NCBI GenBank assembly: GCA_964016885.1
Contig: OZ024741.1
Coordinates: forward strand, 174,468,001-174,532,000
Reading direction: 5' to 3'
Length of the DNA: 64,000 nt
Source: Eledone cirrhosa
Lineage: Eukaryota
Shown here: one piece after another, positions 39,170 through 53,634 of the stretch
How the letters are laid out: each line of letters opens with the position of its first letter
How positions within the stretch are numbered: the first letter of the stretch is position 1
Notes under the pieces: model-generated
Told to the model about the DNA's origin: nothing
Seen by the model: the letters and a program-made list of their open reading frames with translations, nothing else
Databases searched by the model: none
Translations under genes and position numbers: made by a program

Positions 39170-40970
39170 CAGCTTCATCTAAATTACACCAGTTACTAAC
39201 TATTACACTAGCTACTAACTATTACACAGCTTCATCTAAATTACACCAGTTACTAACTATTACACAGCTTCATCTAAATTACACCAGTTACTAACTATTA
39301 CACAGCTTCATCTAAATTACACCAACTACTAACTATTACACATCTTCATCTAAATTACACCAGTTACTAACTATTACACATCTTCATCTAAATTACACCA
39401 GCTACTAACTATTACACAGCTTCATCTAAATTACACCAGTTACTAACTATTACACAGCTTCATCTAAATTACACCAGTTACTAACTATTACACATCTTCA
39501 TCTAAATTACACCAGTTACTAACTATTACACATCTTCAGCTAAATTACACCAACTACTAACTATTACACATCTTCATCTAAATTACACCAGTTACTAACT
39601 ATTACACATCTTCAGCTAAATTACACCAGTTACTAACTATTACACAGCTTCATCTAAATTACACCAGTTACTAACTATTACACAGCTTCATCTAAATTAC
39701 ACCAGCTACTAACTATTACACAGCTTCATCTAAATTACACCAGTTACTAACTATTACACAGCTTCATCTAAATTACACCAACTACTAACTATTACACATA
39801 TTCATCTAAATTACACCAACTACTAACTATTACACAGCTTCATCTAAATTACACCAACTACTAACTATTACACAGCTTCATCTAAATTACACCAGTTACT
39901 AACTATTACACAGCTTCATCTAAATTACACCAGCTACGAACTATTACACATCTTCATCTAAATTACACCAGCTACTAACTATTACACAGCTTCATCTAAA
40001 TTACACCAGCTACTAACTATTACACAGCTTCATCTAAATTACACCAACTACTAACTATTACATAGCTTCATCTAAATTACACCAACTACTAACTATTACA
40101 CAGCTTCATCTAAATTACACCAGCTACTAACTATTACACAGCTTCATCTAAATTACACCAGTTACTAACTATTACACATCTTCATCTAAATTACACCAGC
40201 TACTAACTATTACACAGCTTCATCTAAATTACACCAGTTACTAACTATTACACAGCTTTGTTTAAATTACACTAGTTACTAACTATTACACAGCTTCAGC
40301 TAAATTACACCAGCTACTAACTATTACACAGCTTTGTTTAAATTACACCAGCTACTAACTATTACACATCTTCATCTAAATTACACCAGCTACTAACTAT
40401 TACACAGCTTTGTTTAAATTACACCAGTTACTAACTATTACACAGCTTTGTTTAAATTACACCAGCTACTAACTATTACACAGCTTTGTTTAAATTACAC
40501 CAGCTACTAACTATTACACATCTTCATCTAAATTACACCAGCTACTAACTATTACACATCTTCATCTAAATTACACCAGCTACTAACTATTACACATCTT
40601 CATCTAAATTACACCAGCTACTAACTATTACACAGCTTTGTTTAAATTACACCAGTTACTAACTATTACACAGCTTTGTTTAAATTACACCAGCTACTAA
40701 CTATTACACATCTTCATCTAAATTACACCAGCTACTAACTATTACACATCTTCATCTAAATTACACCAGCTACTAACTATTACACATCTTCATCTAAATT
40801 ACACCAGCTACTAACTATTACACAGCTTTGTTTAAATCACACCAGTTACTAACTATTACATAGCTTTGTTTAAATTACACCAGCTACTAACTATTACACA
40901 TCTTCATCTAAATTACACCAGTTACTAACTATTACATAGCTTTGTTTAAATTACACCAGTTACTAACTAT
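39170..40970. repeat. 38-bp tandem minisatellite, ~47 copies
   Basis: Unit CAGCTTCATCTAAATTACACCAGTTACTAACTATTACA; period 38 (e.g. 39241 to 39279). Confidence 0.97.
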
Positions 40971-40975
40971 TTTTA

Positions 40976-41585
40976 TTGGCAGTATCGGTAGAGGGTCGGA
41001 CGCCATGTTGCATGCAAAGAGTTACGACCCTTTATGATCTGAGTTCAAATGCCACCGAGGTTAACTTTGTCTTTCATCCTTATGGGGTCAATAAAATAAA
41101 GTACCAGTAGTACACTAGGATAATTGCTGGCCTTGTGCCAAAAGTAGAAACAATTATTACTAGGGTGGTGGATTGGCAGTATCGGTAGAGCGCCAGACAC
41201 CATGCTTTGCAGCTTAGAATTACGGCCTTTTATGATCTGAGTTCAAATCCCGCCGAGGTTAACTTTGCCTTTCATCCTTATGGGTCGATAAAATAAAGCA
41301 CCAGTAATGCACTGGGGACGATTTAATCGACTTTCTCTTCCCCTTCAAATTGCTGGCCTTGTGCCTAAAGTGGAAACAATTATTACTAGAGTGGTGGATT
41401 GGCAATATTGGTAGAGCGTCAGACACCATGCCTTGCAGCATAGAGTTATGGCCCTTTACGTTCTCAGTTCAAATCCTGCCAAGGTTAACTTTGCCTTTCA
41501 TCCTTACGAGGTCGATAAAATAAAGCACCAGTAATGCACTGGGGTAATTGCTGGCCTTGTACCAAAAGTAGAAACATTTATTACT
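40976..41585 (+). mobile_element. Three head-to-tail SINE family A copies
   Basis: Heads at ~40976, ~41165 and ~41391, each ending AAGT(A/G)GAAACA(A/T)TTATTACTAG. Confidence 0.85.
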
Positions 41586-42304
41586 AGGGATCAGTACATT
41601 CTGCCTCTAACAGCCTTTTCATTTTCTTGGAACATTTTACCATTTGTCACTCTGAATGTAATACTTCTATAATTACCTTATGTATGTGTGTGTATATACA
41701 CACATAACTATATATATATTGAAATATGTATTTGAAACATTAACTGGTGTGTATAGTGTATAAATATATATATGTGTGTGATGTTGACAGATATATTGAA
41801 GTATGAAGAGCCTGTGAGTGCATCGGTGAAACTCCAAAGCAACAAGACTCATCACTTAGCAACAATAAAGAATATATATATAATTTAGGGATTGTAACAT
41901 CAAGTTACTGTAGGTTCCCCAAAGTGAGCACTCAGTGCATAGTCTCCAGTATGTATTTTGGGGTTGTACTAAGCAGAGTGTAATACTTATATATATCATC
42001 ATCATCATCGTTTAACATCTATCTTTTATATATATGTGTGTGTGTGTGTCTGAAGACATGTAACCTCATTCCTAGAGTGTTGGACTCGTGATCATAAGGT
42101 TAGGGTTTCTATTCAACTGGGTGATCCATTTTATTCTTGAGCAAAATGTCTCTTTTTACATCACTTTTCATGATAGGATTGGGGTCCCCCTATCAATAAA
42201 GAACACAAGAGACCTCCTATGAGATACAAGCAACCAGCTAAACCTGCATAGGTCTGAACTGTAAATTTCATTCTTTTTCATATATGTATAGGCATCAGCT
42301 TATC

Positions 42305-42500
42305 GGCATCATCACCATTTTACTTCCATTTTTCCATGCTTACATAGGCTGGATGGGTCTTCTCCAGTGCAGTTTCCCTCCATTTCTTGCATTCCTTCTG
42401 TGAGGTGCAGTAATTCAAGATGAGCTCTCATCACCTCCAGCCAGGTTTTTCTTAGTCTTCTTCTGTAGCTTCTTTCTATGGGGATCTTCCAGCACTTATT
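42305..42500 (-). mobile_element. Decayed RTE C-terminal / 3' fragment
   Basis: NKCWKIPIE..RRLRKTWLEVMRAHL parallels the GRPRKTW region; (GAT)n-like tail. Confidence 0.55.
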
Positions 42501-43771
42501 CACTCATGATCACCCACATACATTAAGCATCCATACATATACAGATACACATGCACTCACTAACAAACACACATGCACACCAGCACTAGAGAGGTTTTCA
42601 AGCCCTCCATGACTCTGAATAGCCCTCACTACTCTATGTTGTTGCCTTTTGATCACCAACCACTTTACAGAGTATACTAAATGTATTTTATTGTGTCACC
42701 AAAACTGGAGAGGTTGTCTGATCCTCTAACAGACTAATGAGTCTTCATTACTCCATATACTCTCCTTTTTGTTCTTTCAAAGAGTGTGAATAGAAGGGAA
42801 GAGATGACATGAGGTAGAACGGGAGAGAGTATAACTGAGAATGTGAGAGGCCAACAGAGTGTAAGGCTAAGAAAGAAAGAAATGATGGAGGAAAATTTAC
42901 TACAAGGTCACTTAGTTTATAAGAAAGTTAAATGAGATTGCTTGATAGTCTCGCCTTTCTCAGGGGCATTGGTGAACTAATTCAAGTGAATTTGGCTTCA
43001 ATCTGGAATTGACAGTGAAACACAGCATCGGTTCATTGGGAACATAATAAACATAACAATAAGATTTCTGGTCAGACTAACAGAGTTTGAAGTAAAGAAC
43101 TAAACCATATCATTGTTTATGACAGATTTCATTTCTTCTGCTTCTTTTTATTCTTTTTATTCTTCAAAGTGTCTCACATTTCAAACACAGAAACTAATTC
43201 TATCAATGGCAATATTATATATCATCTAAACTGCTGACATTTCCACTCACCATCACCCCTTCTACTTATTCTCTATACACTGAAACTTTCTAAACAACAA
43301 TGTCTGTCATTTTTATCTTTTGTAATAGATATACAATTTTTATTTATTATTTAGAATCTAAACTCTTTCATCCTATTTTTACATAAATACTCTTTAAACA
43401 TATCACTTTTTTTTTTACATAAATATTCTATATAAATTCATTCATCCCATTTTAAAAAATTTTACTTAGGCTTTTGTCACCATATTTGTTATGAAATATA
43501 CTATATATGTTTGTCAAATATTTTTGAATATAATCAAGAATTTAAAGGGCTTTAGTTATATAACTAACTTTCTCATTATTTAGCTGGTCTTTGGATCATA
43601 ATTTAACAGAGGTTCTTACATAGAATTATGATAGAAACCCTTTTGTTACTATATTTCTAATGAAAAACACCCTAAGATTTTCAATTAATTTTGAAAATAA
43701 TCAAGAATTTAAAAATATATATCAGTATTAGACTAGTGTTTGGAACATAACTTAAAGGTTCTTTAAACACT

Positions 43772-44000
43772 TTAACCCGTTAGCATTTAAACCAGCCATA
43801 AACGGCCAGAATTCTCTCACCTTTTTCTGTTCAAACCTTCTGTAACTGACCACTCATATGGATGTTAAAGTATTGTTCTCAAAATAAATAACATCAAATT
43901 CTCATAGATTCGAAATTATGTGATACAATTATGTGAGATAAAGGCTTTACCACGAAAATACTACAGAATATATAGAGTAATGTAAATGCTAAAGGATTAA
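43772..44000. mobile_element. piggyBac-type MITE P1 nested in a P2 MITE
   Basis: TTAA-CCCGTTAGCATTTA ... TAAATGCTAAAGGA-TTAA. Confidence 0.75.
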
Positions 44001-47000
44001 AACAAACAGTAGAAACAAGAGCAGTGTCAGTTAGTTTGATATCAAAAGGGTTAAATTGATTCATCTTAATTTGTATTTAAATATTCTTTAATGAAACTCA
44101 TCAGAGAAATGCTGTCCATTTCGATGTTGTCTCGGAAATAAAAGTTGAATTGGTTTACTGTTTGAAAGAAAAAAAAAAAGAAAAAACGAAAACTGATTTA
44201 GTTATCAGAGTGAATGAATAGATAGATGGATGGAAAGATAGAAAATATATTTAGGAGTTCAGTTAAATGTTATTTGAAGCAGTGTCCTCTAAAGACAAAG
44301 AAAAAAATAAATAGCTTGAGCAGCTTTATGTTGGTGGACTCTAGAGAATTCTCACCTTATGTTTACCAACAATGGAAAAATCAATATTAAAATACTGAGG
44401 ATGGCTGATAGATTGTATTAAGATCAAAAGATACTTTGGGTCTTGGCTAGCCTATTTTTGTAACAGAATTCTTTTTTAAATGATTTACTCCATTTTTCTG
44501 TCTGTTTGCTTCTGGAATTACGAGGTAGTAGAATAGCTGGCTATATGGTTAACCCTTTCATGATTACATTTCTCATGAAATACATTGATTGTATTTTAAT
44601 TAATTTGGAAAATAATCAAGAAATTTGAAGCTTTTAGCAAAATATGGTTTTCATAAAAAAGTTTTTACATGAAATTATACTGGAGGGATTTAATTTAGAT
44701 ATGAACACTTTAAAATGGACAGTTTTATCACAGAACCAGGAGTGGTTTCAGGTGGGCTGGTATTGAAATGGTTAATCTTTTCATAACCATATTTTTAATA
44801 AAACTCACTCCTTGCAGTTTTCAAATAATTTTGAAAATAATCAAGAATTCAGAAAGATTTAGTAATATAACTAGCTTTTTCTGTAATGATTTAGCAGAAT
44901 ATATCTAAAAACGAGTTTGTTAATTCAAATGTTTATAGTATCTTTACTAGTGGACAAATCGTTGTGGAAATATGCAGTTAAGGAAAAACTTTAATTTTTA
45001 ATATGATGCAGTCATGGTGTTGTACTGTATTCCTCAAGATTATCTTGCCAATGCAGTTTCATACTGTACAGGGTGTTAAGAGTTCTTCAATAAAATTATG
45101 ATAGAAGGTTTTTAGATAAATATAAACTTAAAACAAACAGTTTTCATGTTGTCTGGTATCAAAATAGTTAAAGTGCTGGATTGTTTTTAATATACTAGAA
45201 TGTTATCCATCATATGCCAGGTTATTTTGGGCGTATCCTTTGGGTAAAATCAGGTAAACTGATTATAATTAAAATTTTTTTAAATTTTATGGTGTTTATA
45301 TAAAATAATGAAATGAATACTAATTCTAAAATAAAGATAGTTATTAACTTAAAAATAAGATTAAATCTTTCGCTCTGATCGATCGACAAGATCTCAGACC
45401 TCATTCGCTTGCCGAGTGGAGTGGACCTTATCAAATCAAACCAAGGAAACAATGTTTCCATTGGTCTTTCCTTTGCTGATACTATCTAATGGTTGCAACC
45501 CTTGGCAGAAAGAGCAATGTGAAATAATGTGTCTTGCTCAAGGACACAAAGCATCACCTGGCCCGAGAATTGAACTTGCAACCTCATGATTGTAAATCCA
45601 TCTCTCTAAACCACGCGCCTTTACCAAGATTAAATAAAATAAATAAATAGATAACATTATAATTCACTGCAACTGTATTTGGTTAAAATGATCCATATTA
45701 TTGCTCACATCCAAACACTACAAATATAGTATTAAAAAAAGCTGCACATCGAGAAAAAAAAGAAAAAAAAATTGAAATGGAACATTTATTTTGTTAGATA
45801 GAAAAGATGTGCAGGAAGAGAATTCCAGTGGTATAATATTCTTTGGAGGAAAGAATGAGCAAAGTAGTTAGGTGCACAAAGCTGAGAGGATCGGGGGCTG
45901 AACAATTATTGATGAGAAGAGAGACCAGTGAGAGGTAGGAGTATCTGATTGGAAGTGGCACAAGATGGATCGATTCAAAGAGCAGAGGCCATTGTAGCAA
46001 GCAGTAGAAAAAGGCAGAGAGAGGAGATAGAACATTTGTGGACCAGAGGCTTGAATGTGTCAATCAGACAAGTAACCCTTCTCTGGATATAGCAACACCA
46101 TTCTACATGTTAAATACTTGTCTACTTTTTCTTGAGATTTGGATATGATTCTTTTTCTTATATATATCGAAATATATTTGTGCATTAATTCAAATATCTA
46201 TAATTGTTATTGGGGAAAAAATATTTTTTATCATCCTGAAGCAGTAGCTGTGTTTAGTTGAAGTCTAGTTGCTAAACTGTTAATTAATTTTTCATTCTTA
46301 TTATTTTTCTTTTGTATTTCAACATTTTATTTAATCTAAGTCAATGACGGTATAGATACACACACCCTATCTGTTAATCATTGTGCTTTAGACAAGAAAT
46401 TTATCTAACCAAGAGATAGTAGTAGTAGAGTAGTGATATTAATCCTGGTGGTGGTAGCAGTAGTAGTAGAGCTGGTAATTATTATTATTATTATTAGTAG
46501 TAGTAGTAGTAGTAGTAGTAAATTACATTTAAGATTACCAAACAATTGTCAACAAATAGTGTATTTAATTAAAAGCAATTGTAATGAGAATAAAAGCAGC
46601 TTTTAATTTGGAGAACAGATGGTTTCTAAACAGGATATTGTTTTTTGTTGTTGTTGTTCTAAGTATCAATTTCTTATTTAGACACAAAACAAGTATAGTT
46701 AAAGCATGTCATCACCAATATATTACTGCTACATATTTCTGCCAAGAGTTGTGACGATAGTATCAGCAATGGAAAGACCAATGGAAACAGTTTCCTTGTT
46801 CTAATCTGACAATTGGCTCATTTTCTTCCTTTCTTTATATAAGCCAACAAGGAAGCCTCAATGCAGTGTCTTGAGCAGCTAGAAATAGCTGCCAAATCTC
46901 CCTCATATCAACCCTACCAATAATAAAAAAAAAAGGATAGACATACTGGAGAATATAGTCATAGATATGAAAAAAAGATATGATGGTATGGTCATGTCTG

Positions 47001-47299
47001 GAATGTCTCTGACCATTTGTCTGCTTTATTAAGTTTGGCCTTGGGTCATAAACAACAAAAACTGCTACTTATTTTATCAAGCTTGTTTTTATTTTATATT
47101 TTACTGTTTAGTCTGGAAAGAAGGGCAGCACCCATTGACTCATACCAAGGCCTTTGACACTGGTGGGTAGATGGGAAGAAGATAATGTGTATATGTGCAT
47201 GTGTGTGTGTGTCCCTTCCGTTAACACTGTTTGTACAGCTGATGTCATATCCTGCAGCTCAGCTGTTCAATGTGCAAGACCAGTACCTTATTTAAAAAT

Positions 47300-47487
47300 A
47301 ATTGTTTCTACTTTTGGCACAAGGCCAGTAATTACCCAGTACATTACTGGTACTTTATTTTATCGACCCCGTAAGGATGAAAGGCAAAGTTAACCTCGGT
47401 GGGATTTGAACTCAGAATGGCAAGGGCCGTAACTCTATGCGTCAAAGCATGGCGTCCGACGCCTCTACCGATACTGCCAATCCACCA
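47300..47487 (-). mobile_element. SINE family A
   Basis: Reverse-complement match to family A; flanked by the direct repeat ACCTTATTTAAAAATAAT (TSD). A + strand copy follows at 47595-47790. Confidence 0.85.
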
Positions 47488-47799
47488 ACCTTATTTAAAA
47501 ATAATGATTAGTATCAGGATAGGCATCTGTCTGTGGGAAAATCTCAAAAGTCAGTTGTTGTAAAAATAGTGATTATTATTATTATTACTGTTGAGGGCAG
47601 TAGATTGGCAGAATCAGTAGAGTGTCATACACCATGCTTTGCAGCATAGAGTTCAAATCCCACCGAGGTTAGCTTTGCTTTTCATCCTTATGGGGTCGAT
47701 AAAATAAAGTACCAGTAATGCACTGGAGTCAGTTTAATCAACTTTCCCTTCCCTTCAAATTGCTGGCCTTTGCCTAAAGTAAAAACAATTATTATTATT

Positions 47800-48350
47800 A
47801 CTGTTGTTAGTGTTGTGTTTTTCCTCTTCCCTCAGTTTTGTTTCCATTTCTTGCCGAGTGTTTTCCCAACACCAAGGCAAGAGAAACTCATTGCATACAT
47901 TGACAAACCAGAAAAATAAACACACTAGATTGTTCATGTCATACACTTTATGCAGTTACAAGTATATTATTTGCTTTGTACATGTGCACAATATCTGTTT
48001 AAAATCATATTTACAACAGAATGATAATTATCTACTGACTCTGTAAATAAATGAGCACTCTTATATGATTGATTTGAATCAATCATATAAGAGTGCTCGA
48101 TTATTTACAACTTACATAATTATGAGCTATAATCAAATAAAGTAAAGTAAATAAATGTCGAGAGAAGATTATCATTTTCACAGCAATAGTGCTCTTCTCA
48201 ATACATCTGCTGTCCCAGTTAAAACAATTTTTTGCACTTCTTGCAGAGATAGTAAACGGGTTCATTCCCAAATAATTTTTCTTCTCTTTTTGATCATTCC
48301 TTGTGCTCCTACAATCACTGGTATTGTAACTGCTTTGAGATATCACATTT
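47800..48350 (-). mobile_element. R4/Dong-like RLE LINE C-terminus and 3' UTR in (TAA)n
   Basis: Minus strand LKAVTIPVIVGAQGMIKK..*..LQEVQKIVLTGTADVLRRALL matches the PVVIGALG / LQKxVLLGTAxILR terminus of RLE LINEs. Confidence 0.75.
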
Positions 48351-49909
48351 TTTTCAATTATTATTATCATAATTATTATTTATGAATTCAAATCTCTCCA
48401 AGGATAACTTTGCCTTTCGAGGTCAATAAAATAAAGTACCAGTAAAGTACTGAGGTTGATGTAATTGACTTTGCCTTTCATCCTTGAAGTTGATAAAATA
48501 AAGTACCAGTCAAATATGATGGTTGAATTTCTCCTCTCCAAAATTGCTGGCCTTGTGACTAAATTAGGAAACATTATTATTATTATTTAAATAAAGTACC
48601 AGTAATGTACTGGGTAATTGCTGGCCTTGTGCCAAAAAGTAGAAACAATTATTATTATTATTTATTTATTCAAATTTCGCCAATGTCAACTTTGCCTTTG
48701 CTTGTTCAAGAATCAATACGATAAAGAACCAGTCAGGTACTGGAGTCAATTGACTTTCCTCTCCTTACCAAAATTGCCTAAATTAGAAACCATTATTATT
48801 ATTATCATCATCATCATTATTATTATTGTTATTAAATTAAACAAAAATTAGAAGTGTTAAAGAACACCTTTAGCCATTATTTTTTCTAGAATCAATTTCT
48901 GATGTAAATAAATATAAACAAATGGAATAATGTTTAACCCATTAAAGTGTAATGTTTAATTTTCATTTTATAATTAATTACAATTAAATAACAAGAAAAA
49001 TAAACACAGTATAAATGAAAAAGTCAATAAATGTATGATTATATACTAGTCTAGATGATATGTGGACAGCATTTAACATTGAAATAAATACTATATATTC
49101 TATAATTTTCTGAATGCCAGGTTTTTGATTCACTAAAGTGGTTGCCAAGCTTTTCTTTACTAAGGACCTTGTTCGTTTAATTGAATTTCCACACCTACCA
49201 TGAACCGCCAGGAGGACTGTGATGAGTTGGGAAACACTGCATAATGGGTTAAGTTAGTGTTAATATATTAATTACAGAGCACATTAATAACCTAACTAGA
49301 AATAAATAAATAGTGAAGAAAAAACAATTAGTCAATGACTAAGATTATTTTCGTTTTTTCAACAAGTACAGGTAACAGCTCCATACATATTTCTGCCTTA
49401 TTCTGTGCTCATCAGCAATGTCTGTTTCTGTGTGTATGTCTGCTTTTCTTTGATTACAGAATGAATATTAGATGTTGAAACTTGGGATCTCAGGGAATAA
49501 ATGGATTCAAGAAAAGTTTTAGATTAGGTTTTTCCCATTACTCTAAAATTATAAAGTTTACTCACATGTAACATCTACCATGATTTATAATTCAAAATGA
49601 AATCTCTATTCACTTTACATTTCTTATAATTCTTAGCTATTTAAACCCTGGCCTCCTGCCATATGTGCAGTACCCAATCCTAGACATTCACAAGAAAATC
49701 ATTAAAAAGATGATATTCATCAATTAAACATAAAAAACAATAAAAAAAATGTTGGTAAATGTATGAACTTGACAAATATTATGGCAATACCTTTCCAGAG
49801 AATTCAGGTTAAAGCAATGATGTAAAACAATCTAAGATTTGTGTAGAAATTTGTGTAAATAACAGTTATAAACAGATTATAAGTGTGGTAGAATAGAATA
49901 CAAGGATAG

Positions 49910-51981
49910 TGGGATATAGTGAAACACTGTTGGTACTGGAGTACTGGAATGGTGGGATATAGTCACACATTGTTGGTACTGGAGTACTGGGATGGTGGGA
50001 TATTGTCACATATTGTTGGTACTGGAGTACTGGGATGGTGGGATATAGTCACATATTGTTGGTACTGGGATGGTGGGATATAGTCACACATTGTTGGTAC
50101 TGGAGTACTGGGATGGTGGGATATAGTCACAAATTGTTGGTACTGGAATACTGGGATGGTGGGATATAGTCACATATTGTTGGTACTGGAATACTGGGAT
50201 GGTGGGATATAGTCACACATTGTTGGTACTGGAATACTGGGATGGTGGGATATAGTCACATATTGTTGGTACTGGAATACTGGGATGGTGGGATATAGTC
50301 ACATATTGTTGGTACTGGAGTACTGGGATGGTGGGATATAGTCACACATTGTTGGTACTGGAATACTGGGATGGTGGGATATAGTCACACATTGTTGGTA
50401 CTGGAATACTGGGATGGTGGGATATAGTCACAAATTGTTGGTACTGGAATACTGGGATGGTGGGATATAGTCACACATTGTTGGTACTGGAGTACTGGGA
50501 TGGTGGGATATAGTCACATATTGTTGGTACTGGAGTACTGGGATGGTGGGATATAGTCACATATTGTTGGTACTGGAGTACTGGGATGGTGGGATATAGT
50601 CACATATTGTTGGTACTGGAATACTGGGATGGTGGGATATAGTCACACATTGTTGGTACTGGAGTACTGGATGGTGGGATATAGTCACATATTGTTGGTA
50701 CTGGAATACTGGGATGGTGGGATATAGTCACACATTGTTGGTACTGGAGTACTGGGATGGTGGGATATAGTCACATATTGTTGGTACTGGAATACTGGGA
50801 TGGTGGGATATAGTCACATATTGTTGGTACTGGAGTACTGGGATGGTGGGATATAGTCACACATTGTTGGTACTGGAATACTGGGATGGTGGGATATAGT
50901 CACACATTGTTGGTACTGGAATACTGGGATGGTGGGATATAGTCACAAATTGTTGGTACTGGAATACTGGGATGGTGGGATATAGTCACACATTGTTGGT
51001 ACTGGAGTACTGGGATGGTGGGATATAGTCACATATTGTTGGTACTGGAGTACTGGGATGGTGGGATATAGTCACATATTGTTGGTACTGGAGTACTGGG
51101 ATGGTGGGATATAGTCACATATTGTTGGTACTGGAATACTGGGATGGTGGGATATAGTCACAAATTGTTGGTACTGGAGTACTGGATGGTGGGATATAGT
51201 CACATATTGTTGGTACTGGAATACTGGGATGGTGGGATATAGTCACACATTGTTGGTACTGGAGTACTGGGATGGTGGGATATAGTCACATATTGTTGGT
51301 ACTGGAATACTGGGATGGTGGGATATAGTCACAAATTGTTGGTACTGGAGTACTGGGATGGTGGGATATAGTCACATATTGTTGGTACTGGAATACTGGG
51401 ATGGTGGGATATAGTCACACATTGTTGGTACTGGAGTACTGGGATGGTGGGATATAGTCACATATTGTTGGTACTGGAATACTGGGATGGTGGGATATAG
51501 TCACAAATTGTTGGTACTGGAGTACTGGATGGTGGGATATAGTCACATATTGTTGGTACTGGAGTACTGGGATGGTGGGATATAGTCACATATTGTTGGT
51601 ACTGGAATACTGGGATGGTGGGATATAGTCACATATTGTTGGTACTGGAATACTGGGATGGTGGGATATAGTCACATATTGTTGGTACTGGAGTACTGGG
51701 ATGGTGGGATATAGTCACATATTGTTGGTACTGGAATACTGGGATGGTGGGATATAGTCACATATTGTTGGTACTGGAATACTGGGATGGTGGGATATAG
51801 TCACATATTGTTGGTACTGGAATACTGGGATGGTGGGATATAGTCACACATTGTTGGTACTGGAATACTGGGATGGTGGGATATAGTCACATATTGTTGG
51901 TACTGGAATACTGGGATGGTGGGATATAGTCACACATTGTTGGTACTGGAGTACTGGGATGGTGGGATATAGTCACATTGT
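49910..51981. repeat. 43-bp tandem minisatellite, ~48 copies
   Basis: Unit GGAGTACTGGGATGGTGGGATATAGTCACATATTGTTGGTACT; period 43 (49981 to 50024). Confidence 0.97.
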
Positions 51982-53634
51982 TCAGAGTATGGTAGATGCC
52001 TGATGGAGGTGAGATATAGTGAAACATTGCTATCGGAATACCAAGATGGTGTATTTAGAGCATTTATTATGCTGGCACTGAATATATCTGTAATCGAAGT
52101 AATGGTGTGATCATCCCAAGAATTTCTCTGTTTTCATCAGATATAGCAACTAAATTCAAGAGACAACAGATTGTATTTTGCCATGTAAATGAACAAACCT
52201 CAACACCAGTAATGAATTTAAAATGCAAGCCCCTATATCTTTATGCAGTTTAGTTGTAAAGGGGCTATTTAAAAATAAAAAGTAAAAGTAAGTCAAATAT
52301 AGGATACGTCATCATCATCACATCTGCTTTCCCATGCTGGCATGGGTTGGACGAGACTTAATGAGGCAAGTTTTTAGTCAGATACCTCTCTTGACACTAA
52401 CGTATGCTTCATTTATCAGTATGGTATATATACCACTCATTTTCTTTTTACTGCTATGCTACAGGATGTATTGTTTATGTGGGATATGAACAAATGTCAC
52501 TGGCGGCTACTTTAAATGTCGTCGGTTTGAAGACACATGTGGTAAACTGATACACACATCAACACATCATTCAACTGGAGGGGGGGGGGGGGCTTCCTTA
52601 CAGTTTCTATCTACTAGATCCATTCACAAGGCATTAGTCAACCTGATGCTGTAATAAAAGAAACCTGCTTAGGTGCTGCATTGTGGGATGGAACCCAAAC
52701 TCATATGGTTGTAAAGTAAACTTTTTAACCACACAGCCATGAAAATTGTTAGTAAGAAACATTATATTAATCATTGTCACAATGTGTCAGAGAACATTAA
52801 TACTTAACTCTTTCATATTCTGTTTGATAACATTAATGAGAACTGTAACAGACAGCATCTTGTTAATGTGTACACAGTGTATCATCTTCTGACTGTGCAC
52901 TGAGCCAAATTTATATAACATTACGTTATCAATTCAGACAGCACTGGTTATTGACTTCTGATGTATAGATAAATCAAACAATACTGTCACCAACACTCTC
53001 CATTACCAGAAAGAAAATGATTTTATTATTAGCCTCATACGAGATGTGGTGGATTGGCAGAATCATCAGAGCATTGGACAAAATGCTGTGTGGTATTTGT
53101 TCCGGCTCCTTGCATTCTCAGTTCAAATCGCAACGAGGTCAGTTTTGCCTTCCATCGTTCCAAGGTTGATAAATAAAGTACCAGTCAAGTACTAGGGTTG
53201 ATATAAATCAACTTTCCCCTCTCTCTCAATTGCTACCCCTGTGCCAAAATTACTAACCTGTATTAATCTCATTTCTATTCTTTTTCAAGTGAGGGAGCTT
53301 GCTAGAAAGTTCACACTCTTGATAATACTTAACTAAGGATAGCTACATGAACTTTTTTTCATTTAACATTTATTCAAATTGAAATTCTGTTATGCTTCAG
53401 TTGTAATATTCGTCTCACATACATTTGCACACAACTTGTCGTTTCTGCTTCATTTAACATTATCAGTACAAACTAATCATTCATCAGAGTTCGTTAAATT
53501 CATGACACAGTTACTAAATCAAATTTATCCAAGGCAGGATTTTATCATTAAACTATAAAAACTCCACTTGAGAAATTCAAAAGTTTTTCAACATTTTTCA
53601 TCATAATTTTTTGATCGTTATTATTTTATATTCA

